Part shown: positions 27,105 through 37,449 of the stretch, in pieces
Layout of the letters: every line of letters begins with the position of its first letter
Position numbering within the stretch: the first letter of the stretch is position 1
Virus record (IMG/VR): IMGVR_UViG_3300028394_002328
Span: 124,001 to 188,000 of that record
Reading direction: 5' to 3' (one strand)
DNA length: 64,000 nt
Notes under the pieces: model-generated
Told to the model about the DNA's origin: nothing
Databases searched by the model: none
Seen by the model: the letters and a program-made list of their open reading frames with translations, nothing else
Program-made: the position numbers and the translations under genes

Positions 27105-27709
27105 TGAAACAACATTCCGCAGATAACTTTTTTAATGACATTGACTTTGTAAGTATTGTAAGCTCCATAAAAGGAGTATTTACAAGCGATGGTACAATGT
27201 CCATATTACTTGATTTTGAGCGTGTATTAGATGAAGCCGATCTTTATGCTTATAAAAATTGGCTACTAGGGGAATTAGTACAGGGCCCAGACATAGGTAA
27301 ATATAGTGTCACATGTGTATTCATGTGGCCATATAAATTAATGCCAGACCCACGTGGGGCAAAACGACTAGCAACTATTGGATGTGATGTAGCGTTTGCT
27401 AAATCAAGAATCAAAGTTCCTGTTGAAGTAAAAAATTATGAAGATTTCGTACAGGGAACTCGCTATCCAAAAATGGAAGAGCGCCCTGTTTGGTTTGTAC
27501 AAATAAGAATGCCTAAAGAATTGATGAACGATATTAAAGAAGGTTCAATTGATTTGGCTGATCAAACTATTGACTTAGAAGAAATTGAGAATGCCTATGA
27601 GGACGATTTAGATAAACAAGACGCCGGAGATCAAGGCGCTCAATCTCCAATGGATATGGGTGCACCACTTGGAGCACCTCCTGCATCACCTGTACAGGCA
27701 CCAGTATAA
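27104..27709 (+). CDS. Conserved-type hypothetical jumbo-phage protein
   Basis: LLDFERVLDE.DLYAYKNW..GELV.GP, FMWPY..MPDP.G..RL motifs; Pro-rich tail. Confidence 0.75.
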   Translation: MKQHSADNFFNDIDFVSIVSSIKGVFTSDGTMSILLDFERVLDEADLYAYKNWLLGELVQGPDIGKYSVTCVFMWPYKLMPDPRGAKRLATIGCDVAFAKSRIKVPVEVKNYEDFVQGTRYPKMEERPVWFVQIRMPKELMNDIKEGSIDLADQTIDLEEIENAYEDDLDKQDAGDQGAQSPMDMGAPLGAPPASPVQAPV

Positions 27710-27711
27710 TT

Positions 27712-28263
27712 ATGAATAATAAAACCTATATTACCGAAGGCTTAGATTACCATGATATGGAAAATCAAATAGTTTCAACCGTATCGGTAGATGAATATGC
27801 CGCTAAAATGGGTAAAGATAAGGACGTTGTAACACTAGCCTTTATTGTTAAATCTTCAGCAGCAGGTGAAGATTTAGTAGATTGGTTTGAGCGTGGATAT
27901 GATTGGGTATTAGATGCTAGTCTTAGTGATGGTGAAATTGAGATTGGTAAATATTTAGTATTTGTAGAGATGAATCGCCGTTCCAATGCACCTGGCAGAA
28001 TTGTAGAATTATTATCAGATTTAACAACACTTACAGATATAAAAGTTAATGAATGGACAGTAACAGTTGACGGTGAAGATTACGAACCTGACGAACAAGT
28101 ATTACAACAGGTTATCATACTAAATCCAAATAAATATAAAATAGACAAAGAGCGTGAAGAAGAATTAAACGAAATGAGACTGTTAGCTAAGATAGAACCC
28201 AAACCTATATATTCTAGTAATGATACAGAATTAAAGAACTTTAAAGCCATGGCAGGATTATAA
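27712..28263 (+). CDS. Hypothetical, probable head-associated protein
   Basis: N-terminus MNNKTYITE (CTS-like), C-terminus NFKAMAGL. Confidence 0.7.
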   Translation: MNNKTYITEGLDYHDMENQIVSTVSVDEYAAKMGKDKDVVTLAFIVKSSAAGEDLVDWFERGYDWVLDASLSDGEIEIGKYLVFVEMNRRSNAPGRIVELLSDLTTLTDIKVNEWTVTVDGEDYEPDEQVLQQVIILNPNKYKIDKEREEELNEMRLLAKIEPKPIYSSNDTELKNFKAMAGL

Positions 28264-28264
28264 T

Positions 28265-28639
28265 ATGAGACTTGAAGATTTAATAGGACCGGGTAAAACA
28301 GTTAATATTCAAACTTTGAATTTAATTATTTCACCTGAAGAAGAAGTTACCAAACCAAATCCTCAGCAGCCAGTAGTAGCAGCTCCTGACTGTGATAAAA
28401 AAACTGTAATTAATCCAGGCATTGAATATGGCAGTGATGGTAAAGCTAAATGGAGTCCTCCTTTACAACAACAATTATCTACTATGAAAGATGCCGTAGG
28501 TGTTGAAACTGATGATGTAACAGTTGAGCCTACCGTTCAAGATGAAATAGACGCAGAAGAAGAATCTACTGGTACTGATTTAGAAAGACTTAAAAAACTA
28601 GCAGCGGTATTTTCCCCGCACAATTTTCCTGCAGGGTAA
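28265..28639 (+). CDS. Hypothetical protein
   Basis: In-operon ORF; WSPPLQQ motif; RLKKLAAV near the C-terminus. Confidence 0.7.
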   Translation: MRLEDLIGPGKTVNIQTLNLIISPEEEVTKPNPQQPVVAAPDCDKKTVINPGIEYGSDGKAKWSPPLQQQLSTMKDAVGVETDDVTVEPTVQDEIDAEEESTGTDLERLKKLAAVFSPHNFPAG

Positions 28640-28645
28640 AGGAAT

Positions 28646-30433
28646 ATGCCATCGACACATATTCAAAAATTCTTTACAAGTAGAGATAATAGGGTAGATA
28701 ACCCAGATGAATTTGTAGGTCAAGAAGGTCGTTTATGGTATGATCCAGACACGAATACGATTCGTGTTTATACCGGTGACCCGGGTGGTATGGCTGTTGG
28801 CGGTGGTGGAACTGGTAATCCAGGTGGTAGTAACCGTGCGGTTCAATTTAATGATAGCGGTGGTTTTGGTGGCGAATCCGCTTTTACTTATGATAAAACT
28901 ACTGATACACTGACAATATCTAATGCTGTTAATTCAGGATTATTTATTGGTAGTGGTGCTAACTTAACTAACTTACCTGCTGCTAATTTAGTTGGATCTG
29001 TTCCATTAGCGGCTGCGGTTAGTAATAATGCCCAACCCAACATAACTAGTGTAGGTACACTAACCTCACTCACAATGGGTGGGAACATTCTTTCTAATGC
29101 AAACATTAGTTATGACATAGGTAATACTACTCATAGATTTAGAGATTTATGGTTGGCAAGCAGCACCATATATATGGGAAATATCAGACTTAGTGCAGAC
29201 ACAACTAATTTAGTAGTTTCAGGAAATGTTGTTGCACCAATCGTTAAAGTTACTCAGCAAATTATAGTTCCCGCAAATGCGGATATGATTGCTAATGGTA
29301 ATGTAGATTTTACTCATAGTCCTTATATAAATTTAGGTAATGTTAATACTGTACATATTAGTGGTGGAAACAGTGGATATGTATTGTCTACCGATGGCGC
29401 AAGCAATTTAAGTTGGATAGCACAATCAGGAGGCAATGGTGGTAATTCTGCTAATGCGAATTATGCTAACTTTGCAGGAACTAGCTTTAATGTAAATGCT
29501 TCTAACATTGTTGGTACTGTTGCCAACGCAAACTATTCCTTATACTCTAGTGTAGTATTAACTGGTAATCAATCATTGATTACTGGATTAGGTACTCTAA
29601 CTTCTTTAACTACTAGTGGAAATATTTACGCTAATACCGGTACAGTGTACGGTAACTTATTTGCAGGTGATGGCGGATTACTTACCAACATTGCTGCCGC
29701 AGCAGGCACTTACCTTGTAAACGGTACTAGTAATGTAGCTGTTTTACCAAATGGTAATGTTACATTTAGAGTCGCTAATACTGCCAATGTATTAACTGTT
29801 ACAAACAACAGTCTACGAGTAGTTGGCACTACTTACTTTGGTAATTTAGCAACTGGTAATTATTTAACATCTACATTGGGTTGTGTCACAATTGGCTCGG
29901 GTACAGTTGTAACTACTGGCAATACAGCAGGAATATTTAATTCATCAATCAATAACATTAATCTAGGATTGCAGTCAAATGTAACAATGGGTTCTATAAC
30001 AGGTACTGTTACAGCCAGAGGTAATTTAGTTGCCAATTCTATTAGTGCTATTAATTTAACTGCAACAGGTGCAGTAAATTTTGCTGGAACAAATTTATTA
30101 GTAAACACTTTAACTAGCCAAGGGTTAATTTCTAGTAAACAATCAATACAAGTAGATATTGATACGATTGTAGATAGTTTTTTATTAACCACATATCGAT
30201 CGGTAAAATACACATTTAGAGTAGGTGCAGACGAGGGTTATCAGGCCATTGAGGTCCTTTTAGTTCATGACGGCATAAATAGTATAGTTACTATATACGG
30301 GAGCTTATCAACAACCGGTGATGATCTTATAATGTTATCAACAGACATAGAGGGAGACACTGTTTATTTGTTGGGTACTGGATTAGGAACAAATGTTACT
30401 GTAAATTATATTGGGACATATATTCCCGATTAA
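28646..30433 (+). CDS. Fibre/structural protein with Mtd_N-like N-terminus
   Basis: FVGQEGRLWYDPDTNTIRV; AQPNITSVGTL and NGTSNV fibre repeats; C-terminal D.F....YRSVKY...EVLLVHDG...TIYG domain. Confidence 0.75.
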   Translation: MPSTHIQKFFTSRDNRVDNPDEFVGQEGRLWYDPDTNTIRVYTGDPGGMAVGGGGTGNPGGSNRAVQFNDSGGFGGESAFTYDKTTDTLTISNAVNSGLFIGSGANLTNLPAANLVGSVPLAAAVSNNAQPNITSVGTLTSLTMGGNILSNANISYDIGNTTHRFRDLWLASSTIYMGNIRLSADTTNLVVSGNVVAPIVKVTQQIIVPANADMIANGNVDFTHSPYINLGNVNTVHISGGNSGYVLSTDGASNLSWIAQSGGNGGNSANANYANFAGTSFNVNASNIVGTVANANYSLYSSVVLTGNQSLITGLGTLTSLTTSGNIYANTGTVYGNLFAGDGGLLTNIAAAAGTYLVNGTSNVAVLPNGNVTFRVANTANVLTVTNNSLRVVGTTYFGNLATGNYLTSTLGCVTIGSGTVVTTGNTAGIFNSSINNINLGLQSNVTMGSITGTVTARGNLVANSISAINLTATGAVNFAGTNLLVNTLTSQGLISSKQSIQVDIDTIVDSFLLTTYRSVKYTFRVGADEGYQAIEVLLVHDGINSIVTIYGSLSTTGDDLIMLSTDIEGDTVYLLGTGLGTNVTVNYIGTYIPD

Positions 30434-30451
30434 TATTAAAGAGAAAAAAAT

Positions 30452-33184
30452 ATGACCACAAGAAATTTTGTCGTAAAAAATGGGTTACAAGTAGGCAATG
30501 TAACAATTGATGCATCTAATAGTAATATTAATGCAGGTAATATTAATGCAGGCAATTTATTACTTGCGAATTTTGCTAATATTACTAGCAATATAGTATC
30601 TAACAATGTAACTGTTAATTTAGAACTTAGCGGAAACACTGCTAATTTTAGTGGTAATATTAAAACGCTAAATGCTAACTTAGGTAATCTTGGTACTGCT
30701 AATTTCCTAAGCGTCACCTCAAATGTAACATCAAACAATTCTACTGTTAATTTACAATTAACGGGTAATACAGCCAATTTTAGCGGAAACGTTTCTGTAT
30801 CAGGGATTAAAACAGATAACTATTACTATTCAAATGGTAGTCCAGTAGATTTTCAACAACCGGCAGGATCTAATACACAGATTCAATATAATAGTAATAA
30901 TGACTTTGGTGCTAGTGCTAACTTTACATTTAACAGTTCTACTAATACACTAACCGTTACTGGCAATGTACTTGGCAGTAATATCTACGCAAACTCAGGA
31001 ACTGTTGGAGCAAGTTTATTAACTGGTACATTAACAACTAATGCTCAACCAAATGTCACAAGTGTTGGTACACTAAGTAGTTTAGTAGTTTCAGGCAATA
31101 TTCAATCTAATACTAATGTAATTACCGATTATGTATTAGGTAAGTCAACCAGTGTTACTATTACAGCAGCGGCAGGAAATAACAATGTTGATTTAAGACC
31201 TACTGGAACTGGTACAGTAGATGTTGGTAATTTTAGAATCACTTCATTAGCAACTCCTACTCAAGCAACCGATGCTGCAACAAAAGATTATGTTGATACA
31301 GCAGCACAAGGTCTAGATCCTAAAGGCAGTGTTCAGTTTGCGTCCTACACAGCACTGCCTAATTATACATATAATAACGGAACATCAGGAGTTGGTGCAA
31401 CTATTACTGCTAGTGCTAATGGTGCATTAACACTTGACGGTGGAACACCAAGCGCAGGTGCTAGAGTTCTTATTAAAAATGAGATTAATGCTAATCAACC
31501 TTATAATGGTATATATGTAGTTACTGCAACAGGTTCTGCTAGTGCAGTATTCGTACTAACACGAGCTACTGATTTTGATAACAATTCTCCTAGCGGTGAG
31601 ATTCCAGGAGCATTCGTATTCGTAGAAGAAGGTACAGTTAACGCTGATACAGGTTGGGTATGTACTACTAATAGTCCAGTTACTGTTGGTACAACTAACA
31701 TTACATTTGTTCAATTCTCTGGGGCAGGTAGTTATACAGCTGGCACTGGATTAACTTTAAACGGTAGTCAATTTAGTATTAGCAACACAACAGTAACAGC
31801 CGGTTCATATGGTGGCAGTGATCAAGTAGCAACATTTACAGTAAATGAGCAAGGTCAATTAACTGCTGCAAGTAATACTTATATTCAAGCAAATGCAGCT
31901 AATTTAAGCGGTACTACTCTTGCTAGTGGCGTTACAACTTCAAGTTTAACTAGTGTTGGTACATTAGGAAATCTTAGTGTTACTGGAAATACAACTAGTG
32001 GCAATGTTTACGCTAACTCAGGTATTATTGGTGCTAACACATTACAAGCATCTGCTAATATAACTGGTGGTAATTTAATATCAAATGGCGTTGCTAATAT
32101 TACTGGCAACTTATCTGCTAATAATATTACTAGTACTAATAAAATAACTGCTAGTTCAGCAAACATTAGTGGAAATGCTAATGTTGGTGGTATTTTAACA
32201 GACAACTATTACTATGCGAATGGTAGCCCAGTTGACTTCCAACAAGCAGCAGGGTCGAATACTTATATACAATTTAATAGTAATGGTGATTTTGGCGCTA
32301 GTGCTAACTTCACATTTAATAGTTCAACTAATCTTCTTACAGTAGTCGGCAGTGCTAACTTAGGCAATGCTGTAACAGCAAATTATTTCATTGGTAGTGG
32401 AGCTAATTTAGCAAATATTACTGGAGCTAATGTTACAGGTACAGTTGCAAATGCAACTCATGCTGTATCGGCTGATAGTGCGACTACAGCAGGAACAGTA
32501 ACAACAGCAGCACAACCAAATATTACAAGCGTTGGTAATTTAACATCACTAATAGTAAGTGGAAATCTTAGTAGTGGCAATGCTAACTTAGGTAATGTTG
32601 CTACAGCAAATTATTTTACAGGCACATTAACTACTAATGCTCAACCAAATATAACCAGTGTTGGTACATTACTCTCATTAGCAGTTACCGCAAATATTAC
32701 AGCAGGTAATATCTATGCTAACTCAGGAACAATTGGCGCTAGTTTATTAACTGGTACATTAACTACAGCAGCACAACCAAATATAACCAGTGTTGGTACA
32801 TTAAGCAATTTAGTAGTTTCAGGTAATACAACTACAGGTAACTTAAAACTTAACGGTGGACTAACAAGCAATAGAACAAACGTTGCTGTAACTACAAATA
32901 CAGTTCTTGACCAATTTAATCCGTCGACTTACCGAACTGCTAAATATGTCGTATCAGCAGCAGGAGATGACGGATATCAATCAGTAGAGGCTTTATTAGT
33001 ACATGATGGATCAAATTCATATATAACAGTGTATGGTTCAATTTGTTCTAATGTAACAGCGGATATTGTTGAAATAACAAGTAATATTAATGGAATATCA
33101 GGTAATGTGGCAGTTTATGCAACTACACTAAGTGGAAATACTAAGGTAAATCTTGTGGCAGCATATATTCAACCAACCAGTTAA
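30452..33184 (+). CDS. Tail fibre-like protein
   Basis: RNFVVKNGL start; DAATKDYVD..GLDPK, RVLIKNE..NGIYVVT..VLTRATDFD module; internal duplication of TDNYYY.NGSPVDFQQ; same C-terminal domain as 28646. Confidence 0.8.
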   Translation: MTTRNFVVKNGLQVGNVTIDASNSNINAGNINAGNLLLANFANITSNIVSNNVTVNLELSGNTANFSGNIKTLNANLGNLGTANFLSVTSNVTSNNSTVNLQLTGNTANFSGNVSVSGIKTDNYYYSNGSPVDFQQPAGSNTQIQYNSNNDFGASANFTFNSSTNTLTVTGNVLGSNIYANSGTVGASLLTGTLTTNAQPNVTSVGTLSSLVVSGNIQSNTNVITDYVLGKSTSVTITAAAGNNNVDLRPTGTGTVDVGNFRITSLATPTQATDAATKDYVDTAAQGLDPKGSVQFASYTALPNYTYNNGTSGVGATITASANGALTLDGGTPSAGARVLIKNEINANQPYNGIYVVTATGSASAVFVLTRATDFDNNSPSGEIPGAFVFVEEGTVNADTGWVCTTNSPVTVGTTNITFVQFSGAGSYTAGTGLTLNGSQFSISNTTVTAGSYGGSDQVATFTVNEQGQLTAASNTYIQANAANLSGTTLASGVTTSSLTSVGTLGNLSVTGNTTSGNVYANSGIIGANTLQASANITGGNLISNGVANITGNLSANNITSTNKITASSANISGNANVGGILTDNYYYANGSPVDFQQAAGSNTYIQFNSNGDFGASANFTFNSSTNLLTVVGSANLGNAVTANYFIGSGANLANITGANVTGTVANATHAVSADSATTAGTVTTAAQPNITSVGNLTSLIVSGNLSSGNANLGNVATANYFTGTLTTNAQPNITSVGTLLSLAVTANITAGNIYANSGTIGASLLTGTLTTAAQPNITSVGTLSNLVVSGNTTTGNLKLNGGLTSNRTNVAVTTNTVLDQFNPSTYRTAKYVVSAAGDDGYQSVEALLVHDGSNSYITVYGSICSNVTADIVEITSNINGISGNVAVYATTLSGNTKVNLVAAYIQPTS

Positions 33185-33221
33185 CCTCTATTAGTTAAGC
33201 TTTACAGGGATATATGGAACT

Positions 33222-34520
33222 GTGGCAAATAGAAATTTCGTAGTTAAAAACGGCCTTACGGTCGGAAATATCACATTAAATGCTAGTAATAGCAATGTAA
33301 TTACTACGGGAAATGTCACAGCCAATTTTTACATAGGTAATGGTAGTTTACTAACTGGTATATCAACTACTCCACTAACCGTTGCTCTAAGTAATGCAAC
33401 CGGTGGCAATGTCACTAATAGCATTGCTAGCGTTAGCACACTAAAATTTGATAGTACTAGTGGATTTGGTGTTACCGATCTTGGATCAGGCAACGCATTA
33501 ATAACATTAGGTAGTACTTTTAAGACTTGGCAAGTAACAGGACAACCTAGTCTTGTTGCTGTAGGTGAAGATACAGTACAATTTATTGCTGGTACTGGAA
33601 TAACTATTACTACTAGTAATACTAGTAATCCAAAAAGTATTACTTTTAATAGTACTGGCGGAGGTGGCGGATCAGGTGCTAATGTAACAGTAGATGATTT
33701 CACAGGAAATGGTGTTCAAACTACATTTCAATTAAGTACAACACCTGGTAATATTAACCAAACCAGTGTTAACTATAATGGCGTAACTCTACTTAGAAAT
33801 TCATATACTCTATCAGGGGCAAATATAACATTTGTAAGTCCTCCTGCCAATGGTGCTCAAATTGAAGTATCTACACTTCAAGCTGGTAATTCAAGTCCAG
33901 GGATACCAGGTGGATCAAATACCCAACTACAATATAACGCAAATGGTTCATTTGGTGGCATACCCAATGTCACATTCAATGGTAGTAATTTAAGTTTAGG
34001 CAATGTAGCCAATATTAATATTACCGGTGGTAGCAATGGACAAGCACTAACTACTGATGGTAATGGCATATTAACTTGGTCTACTGTAGCAGGAAGTCCC
34101 GGTGGATTTAACACTTATGTTCAGTTTAACGATTCAGGTAATTTTGCTGGAAGTAGTAGATTTTTATTTAATAAATTATCTAATACGCTTACTGTTAGCA
34201 ATGTAACCGTATTAGGTGCAGGTAATACTTTAAGTTTTCAAAACGCAGCGGGTAATAAAGTAAGTTTAGCAGCACCTACAAACATAGCCGCAAATGTATC
34301 ATTTACTGTTCCTAATACAGTTGGTACAACGCAACAAGTATTAGGAGTAATCGCTGACGGGGCATCACAGACATTAGGTTGGAAAACTGTACCTACATAT
34401 TATGTCACTGTAAATTTAAGAAATGGTAATAGTTATCTATCATCACCTAATCCTGTTCTTAGACAATACCCAATACGACTAAGATCAGGATCATTTTTAA
34501 ATGTATCTGTTACCGAATAA
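33222..34520 (+). CDS. Fibre/structural protein
   Basis: GTG start; MANRNFVVKNGL like 30452; FTGNGVQTTF beta module; PGGSNTQLQYN hinges. Confidence 0.75.
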   Translation: MANRNFVVKNGLTVGNITLNASNSNVITTGNVTANFYIGNGSLLTGISTTPLTVALSNATGGNVTNSIASVSTLKFDSTSGFGVTDLGSGNALITLGSTFKTWQVTGQPSLVAVGEDTVQFIAGTGITITTSNTSNPKSITFNSTGGGGGSGANVTVDDFTGNGVQTTFQLSTTPGNINQTSVNYNGVTLLRNSYTLSGANITFVSPPANGAQIEVSTLQAGNSSPGIPGGSNTQLQYNANGSFGGIPNVTFNGSNLSLGNVANINITGGSNGQALTTDGNGILTWSTVAGSPGGFNTYVQFNDSGNFAGSSRFLFNKLSNTLTVSNVTVLGAGNTLSFQNAAGNKVSLAAPTNIAANVSFTVPNTVGTTQQVLGVIADGASQTLGWKTVPTYYVTVNLRNGNSYLSSPNPVLRQYPIRLRSGSFLNVSVTE

Positions 34521-34523
34521 ATA
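34518..34523 (+). promoter_or_regulatory. Late promoter core overlapping stop codon
   Basis: TAAATA on the TAA stop, then SD AAGGA. Confidence 0.55.
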
Positions 34524-34540
34524 TAGTGAAGGAATTTTAA

Positions 34541-37438
34541 ATGGCAAATAAGTACCCGTTAGTTGCAAACTCGTCAACGCTAACAATTGAAGAACTAAGA
34601 AGTAATGACACCTTATTGGTTGATAATTTAACTACAACAGGTATTAGTAATTTAGGTCCAATCGCTAATCTATATCTTACCGGCGGTAGTGCAGGTCAAT
34701 ATTTACAAACAGACGGAGCCGGTAATTTAAGTTTTACTACAGTTAGTGTCACTACATCAGGTATAAGCAATGGCACAAGTAATGTAAATATACCTGCTGT
34801 TAATGGTAATGTTACTATTGGTGTAGCAGGTAATAGTGGAGTTGTTACCGTTACCGGTACTGGCATGGTTGTAGCAGGTAATATCAATCCAAGCGCCAAT
34901 GTAACATATAATTTGGGCAATGCTACTAATCGTTGGAATAATTTATATCTAGCAGGTAATACTATTGTACTAGGTAATGCTACTATTAGTGCTAATGGTA
35001 ATGCTATTATCATGACCAACCCAGATGGTGGTAATTTTGTAATATCAGGAAATAGTAATACAGGTACATCGGGCACTAGTAACGGTACATCAAATGTAAA
35101 TATTCCTGTAGCAAATGGTAATATTACATTTAGTGCTAATGGTACTGGTAATGTTATACAAGTATCTAGTTCAGGAATGATTATTACGGGTAATATTATT
35201 CCTACAAGTAACAATACATTTAGTCTAGGCAACACAACTTCATATTTTAAAGACGCTTTCATTGGTCCAGGATCTCTTTACATTAACGGTGTAAAAGCAC
35301 TAGAGCAAAGTAGCAATACGATTGTTGTTAGTGCTGACATTAATCAATCTGTTAAATTAAGTACAAGTGGTTCAGGTGATATTCAGTTTAATCCAACTGG
35401 CAGTGGTGTAATCGCCGTAAAAGGTCCACTACAGATTCAAGCAGGTAATTATGTAACTAGTAGCAACGGCGGACCAGTTGGATTTAGTAACCCAATCAAT
35501 GTTGATACACTTTCATCTCTAACTGCTAATACTAATTTGACAATTACTGCTAATGGTAGTGGTTCAGTTTCAATTAATGACGATGTTACTATTACTGGTA
35601 ACTTAAATGTTAATGGTGGTGGTGGTAATTTAAGCGTTACTAGTTTAACAGTAGAAGATAATATTATTGATATTAGTGCTGAAACTACAGGTGCACCTAG
35701 CAATAACGCTGGATTAAGAGTAGTTCGCGGTGATCAAGCAGCAACACAATTGCGTTGGACAGAAAGTGCTGGTCAATGGCAGTTTACTAATGATGGTGCT
35801 ACATATTTAGCAATGGTTGGTTCTAATACAAGCACCGGTAATGCTAATATTGGTAATATTGGAACAGGTATAGTATTAGCATCAGGAAATATTACTGGTG
35901 CAAATATTAGAAGTAATGGTTCTGCGAATATTGCTAATGGATTGACAGTTTCAAATGGTGGCGCTAGTATTACAGGTGCTGTTGGAATTACGGGAAATAT
36001 TAATGTAACCGGTAACTTTAATGTTACGGGTAATTTGAACTATAGCAATGTTACAGATTTGGTTGTAGGTGACCCACTTATCATTATGGGCGCTAATAAT
36101 ACAGGTAACTTGTATGATTTAGGTATTGTAGCCAGTTTTACTACTGGTAGTTATTATTATACAGGATTTGTTAGAGATCATAATGATGGTGTTTGGAAAT
36201 TATTTACTAATGTAGCAACAGAACCAACTACTGTAATTGATTGGGCTAACTCTACATTTGCACCAATGAAATCAGGTGCATTTACAAGTAATAGTACGAT
36301 TACAGCAAATGGTAACATAACTGGCAGTAATATTATAACTGCTGGACAATTAGTATCTAGCATTGCCACTGGAACTAGTCCTTTAACAGTTACTAGTACT
36401 ACATTAGTTACTAATCTAAACGCTGACTTATTAGATGGATATAATACCGCAACAGCAGCAACAGCAAATACAGTAGCGGTTCGTAATAGTGATGGTAATA
36501 TTACTGCTAACTTCTTTGTTGGTAATGGTAGTCAATTAACTGGTTTAAGTACAAATGGAGTTAGTAACGGCAATAGTAATGTTGCTATTGCTACAGCGAA
36601 TGGTAATGTAACAATCGCAGCAGTTGGTAACACCGTATTGACAGTAACTGGTACTGGAGTAAATGTAGCCGGTACTATTACAACTGGTGCAGGATCAGGT
36701 GGAAATATTAGTGGAGCTAATTACATAAGTGCTAACTATGTAACTGGTACATTAACAACAGCAGCACAACCAAATATAACCAGTGTTGGTACGTTAACAG
36801 GATTAACTAGTCTAGGAACTGTTAATTTTACTAGTGCTAGTAATGTATCATTAGGTCCTGTAGGTAATGTAAAGATTACTGGTGGAACAAATGGTCAATA
36901 CCTAACTACTGACGGTGCAGGTAATTTAAGTTTTGGTACGGTTACTGTTAGTTCAGCAAGTATAAGCAATGGCACTAGTAATGTCAACATAGGAAGTTCA
37001 GGTGGTAATGTTACATTCGGTGTAGCAGGTAATGCCGCAATTCTTACTGTAACTGGTACTGGTGCTAATATTGCAGGTACAGGCAATGTTACTGGTAATT
37101 TAAATGTTGGTAATTTAACTTGTAGTTCGGGTACAGTAACAGCAGCAACTATAACAGAAACATCAAGTATTACTCTTAAAGAAAATTTAAATCCAATCAC
37201 AAATGCACTAGATAGTATTGTACAATTAATGGGATTCACTTATGATCGTAAAGATGGTACTGCTAAAGGAGAAGCAGGGTTGATTGCTGAAGAAGTAAAT
37301 AACATATTACCTAACTTGATTAGTTATGATGAGACAGGTAAGCCATACAGTATTAATTATAGTAAATTAACCGTGTATTTAATTGAAGCAATGAAAACTC
37401 TTAAATCAGAGTTAGATTCACTTAAAAGTCAAAGATAA
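34541..37438 (+). CDS. Tail fibre with C-terminal intramolecular chaperone (Peptidase_S74-like)
   Basis: TSSITLKENL.PI.NALD.I.QL.G.TYD...GLIAEEV..ILP.L...INY.KL...LIEA.K.L coiled coil. Confidence 0.88.
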   Translation: MANKYPLVANSSTLTIEELRSNDTLLVDNLTTTGISNLGPIANLYLTGGSAGQYLQTDGAGNLSFTTVSVTTSGISNGTSNVNIPAVNGNVTIGVAGNSGVVTVTGTGMVVAGNINPSANVTYNLGNATNRWNNLYLAGNTIVLGNATISANGNAIIMTNPDGGNFVISGNSNTGTSGTSNGTSNVNIPVANGNITFSANGTGNVIQVSSSGMIITGNIIPTSNNTFSLGNTTSYFKDAFIGPGSLYINGVKALEQSSNTIVVSADINQSVKLSTSGSGDIQFNPTGSGVIAVKGPLQIQAGNYVTSSNGGPVGFSNPINVDTLSSLTANTNLTITANGSGSVSINDDVTITGNLNVNGGGGNLSVTSLTVEDNIIDISAETTGAPSNNAGLRVVRGDQAATQLRWTESAGQWQFTNDGATYLAMVGSNTSTGNANIGNIGTGIVLASGNITGANIRSNGSANIANGLTVSNGGASITGAVGITGNINVTGNFNVTGNLNYSNVTDLVVGDPLIIMGANNTGNLYDLGIVASFTTGSYYYTGFVRDHNDGVWKLFTNVATEPTTVIDWANSTFAPMKSGAFTSNSTITANGNITGSNIITAGQLVSSIATGTSPLTVTSTTLVTNLNADLLDGYNTATAATANTVAVRNSDGNITANFFVGNGSQLTGLSTNGVSNGNSNVAIATANGNVTIAAVGNTVLTVTGTGVNVAGTITTGAGSGGNISGANYISANYVTGTLTTAAQPNITSVGTLTGLTSLGTVNFTSASNVSLGPVGNVKITGGTNGQYLTTDGAGNLSFGTVTVSSASISNGTSNVNIGSSGGNVTFGVAGNAAILTVTGTGANIAGTGNVTGNLNVGNLTCSSGTVTAATITETSSITLKENLNPITNALDSIVQLMGFTYDRKDGTAKGEAGLIAEEVNNILPNLISYDETGKPYSINYSKLTVYLIEAMKTLKSELDSLKSQR

Positions 37439-37449
37439 TGTAGGTTATA

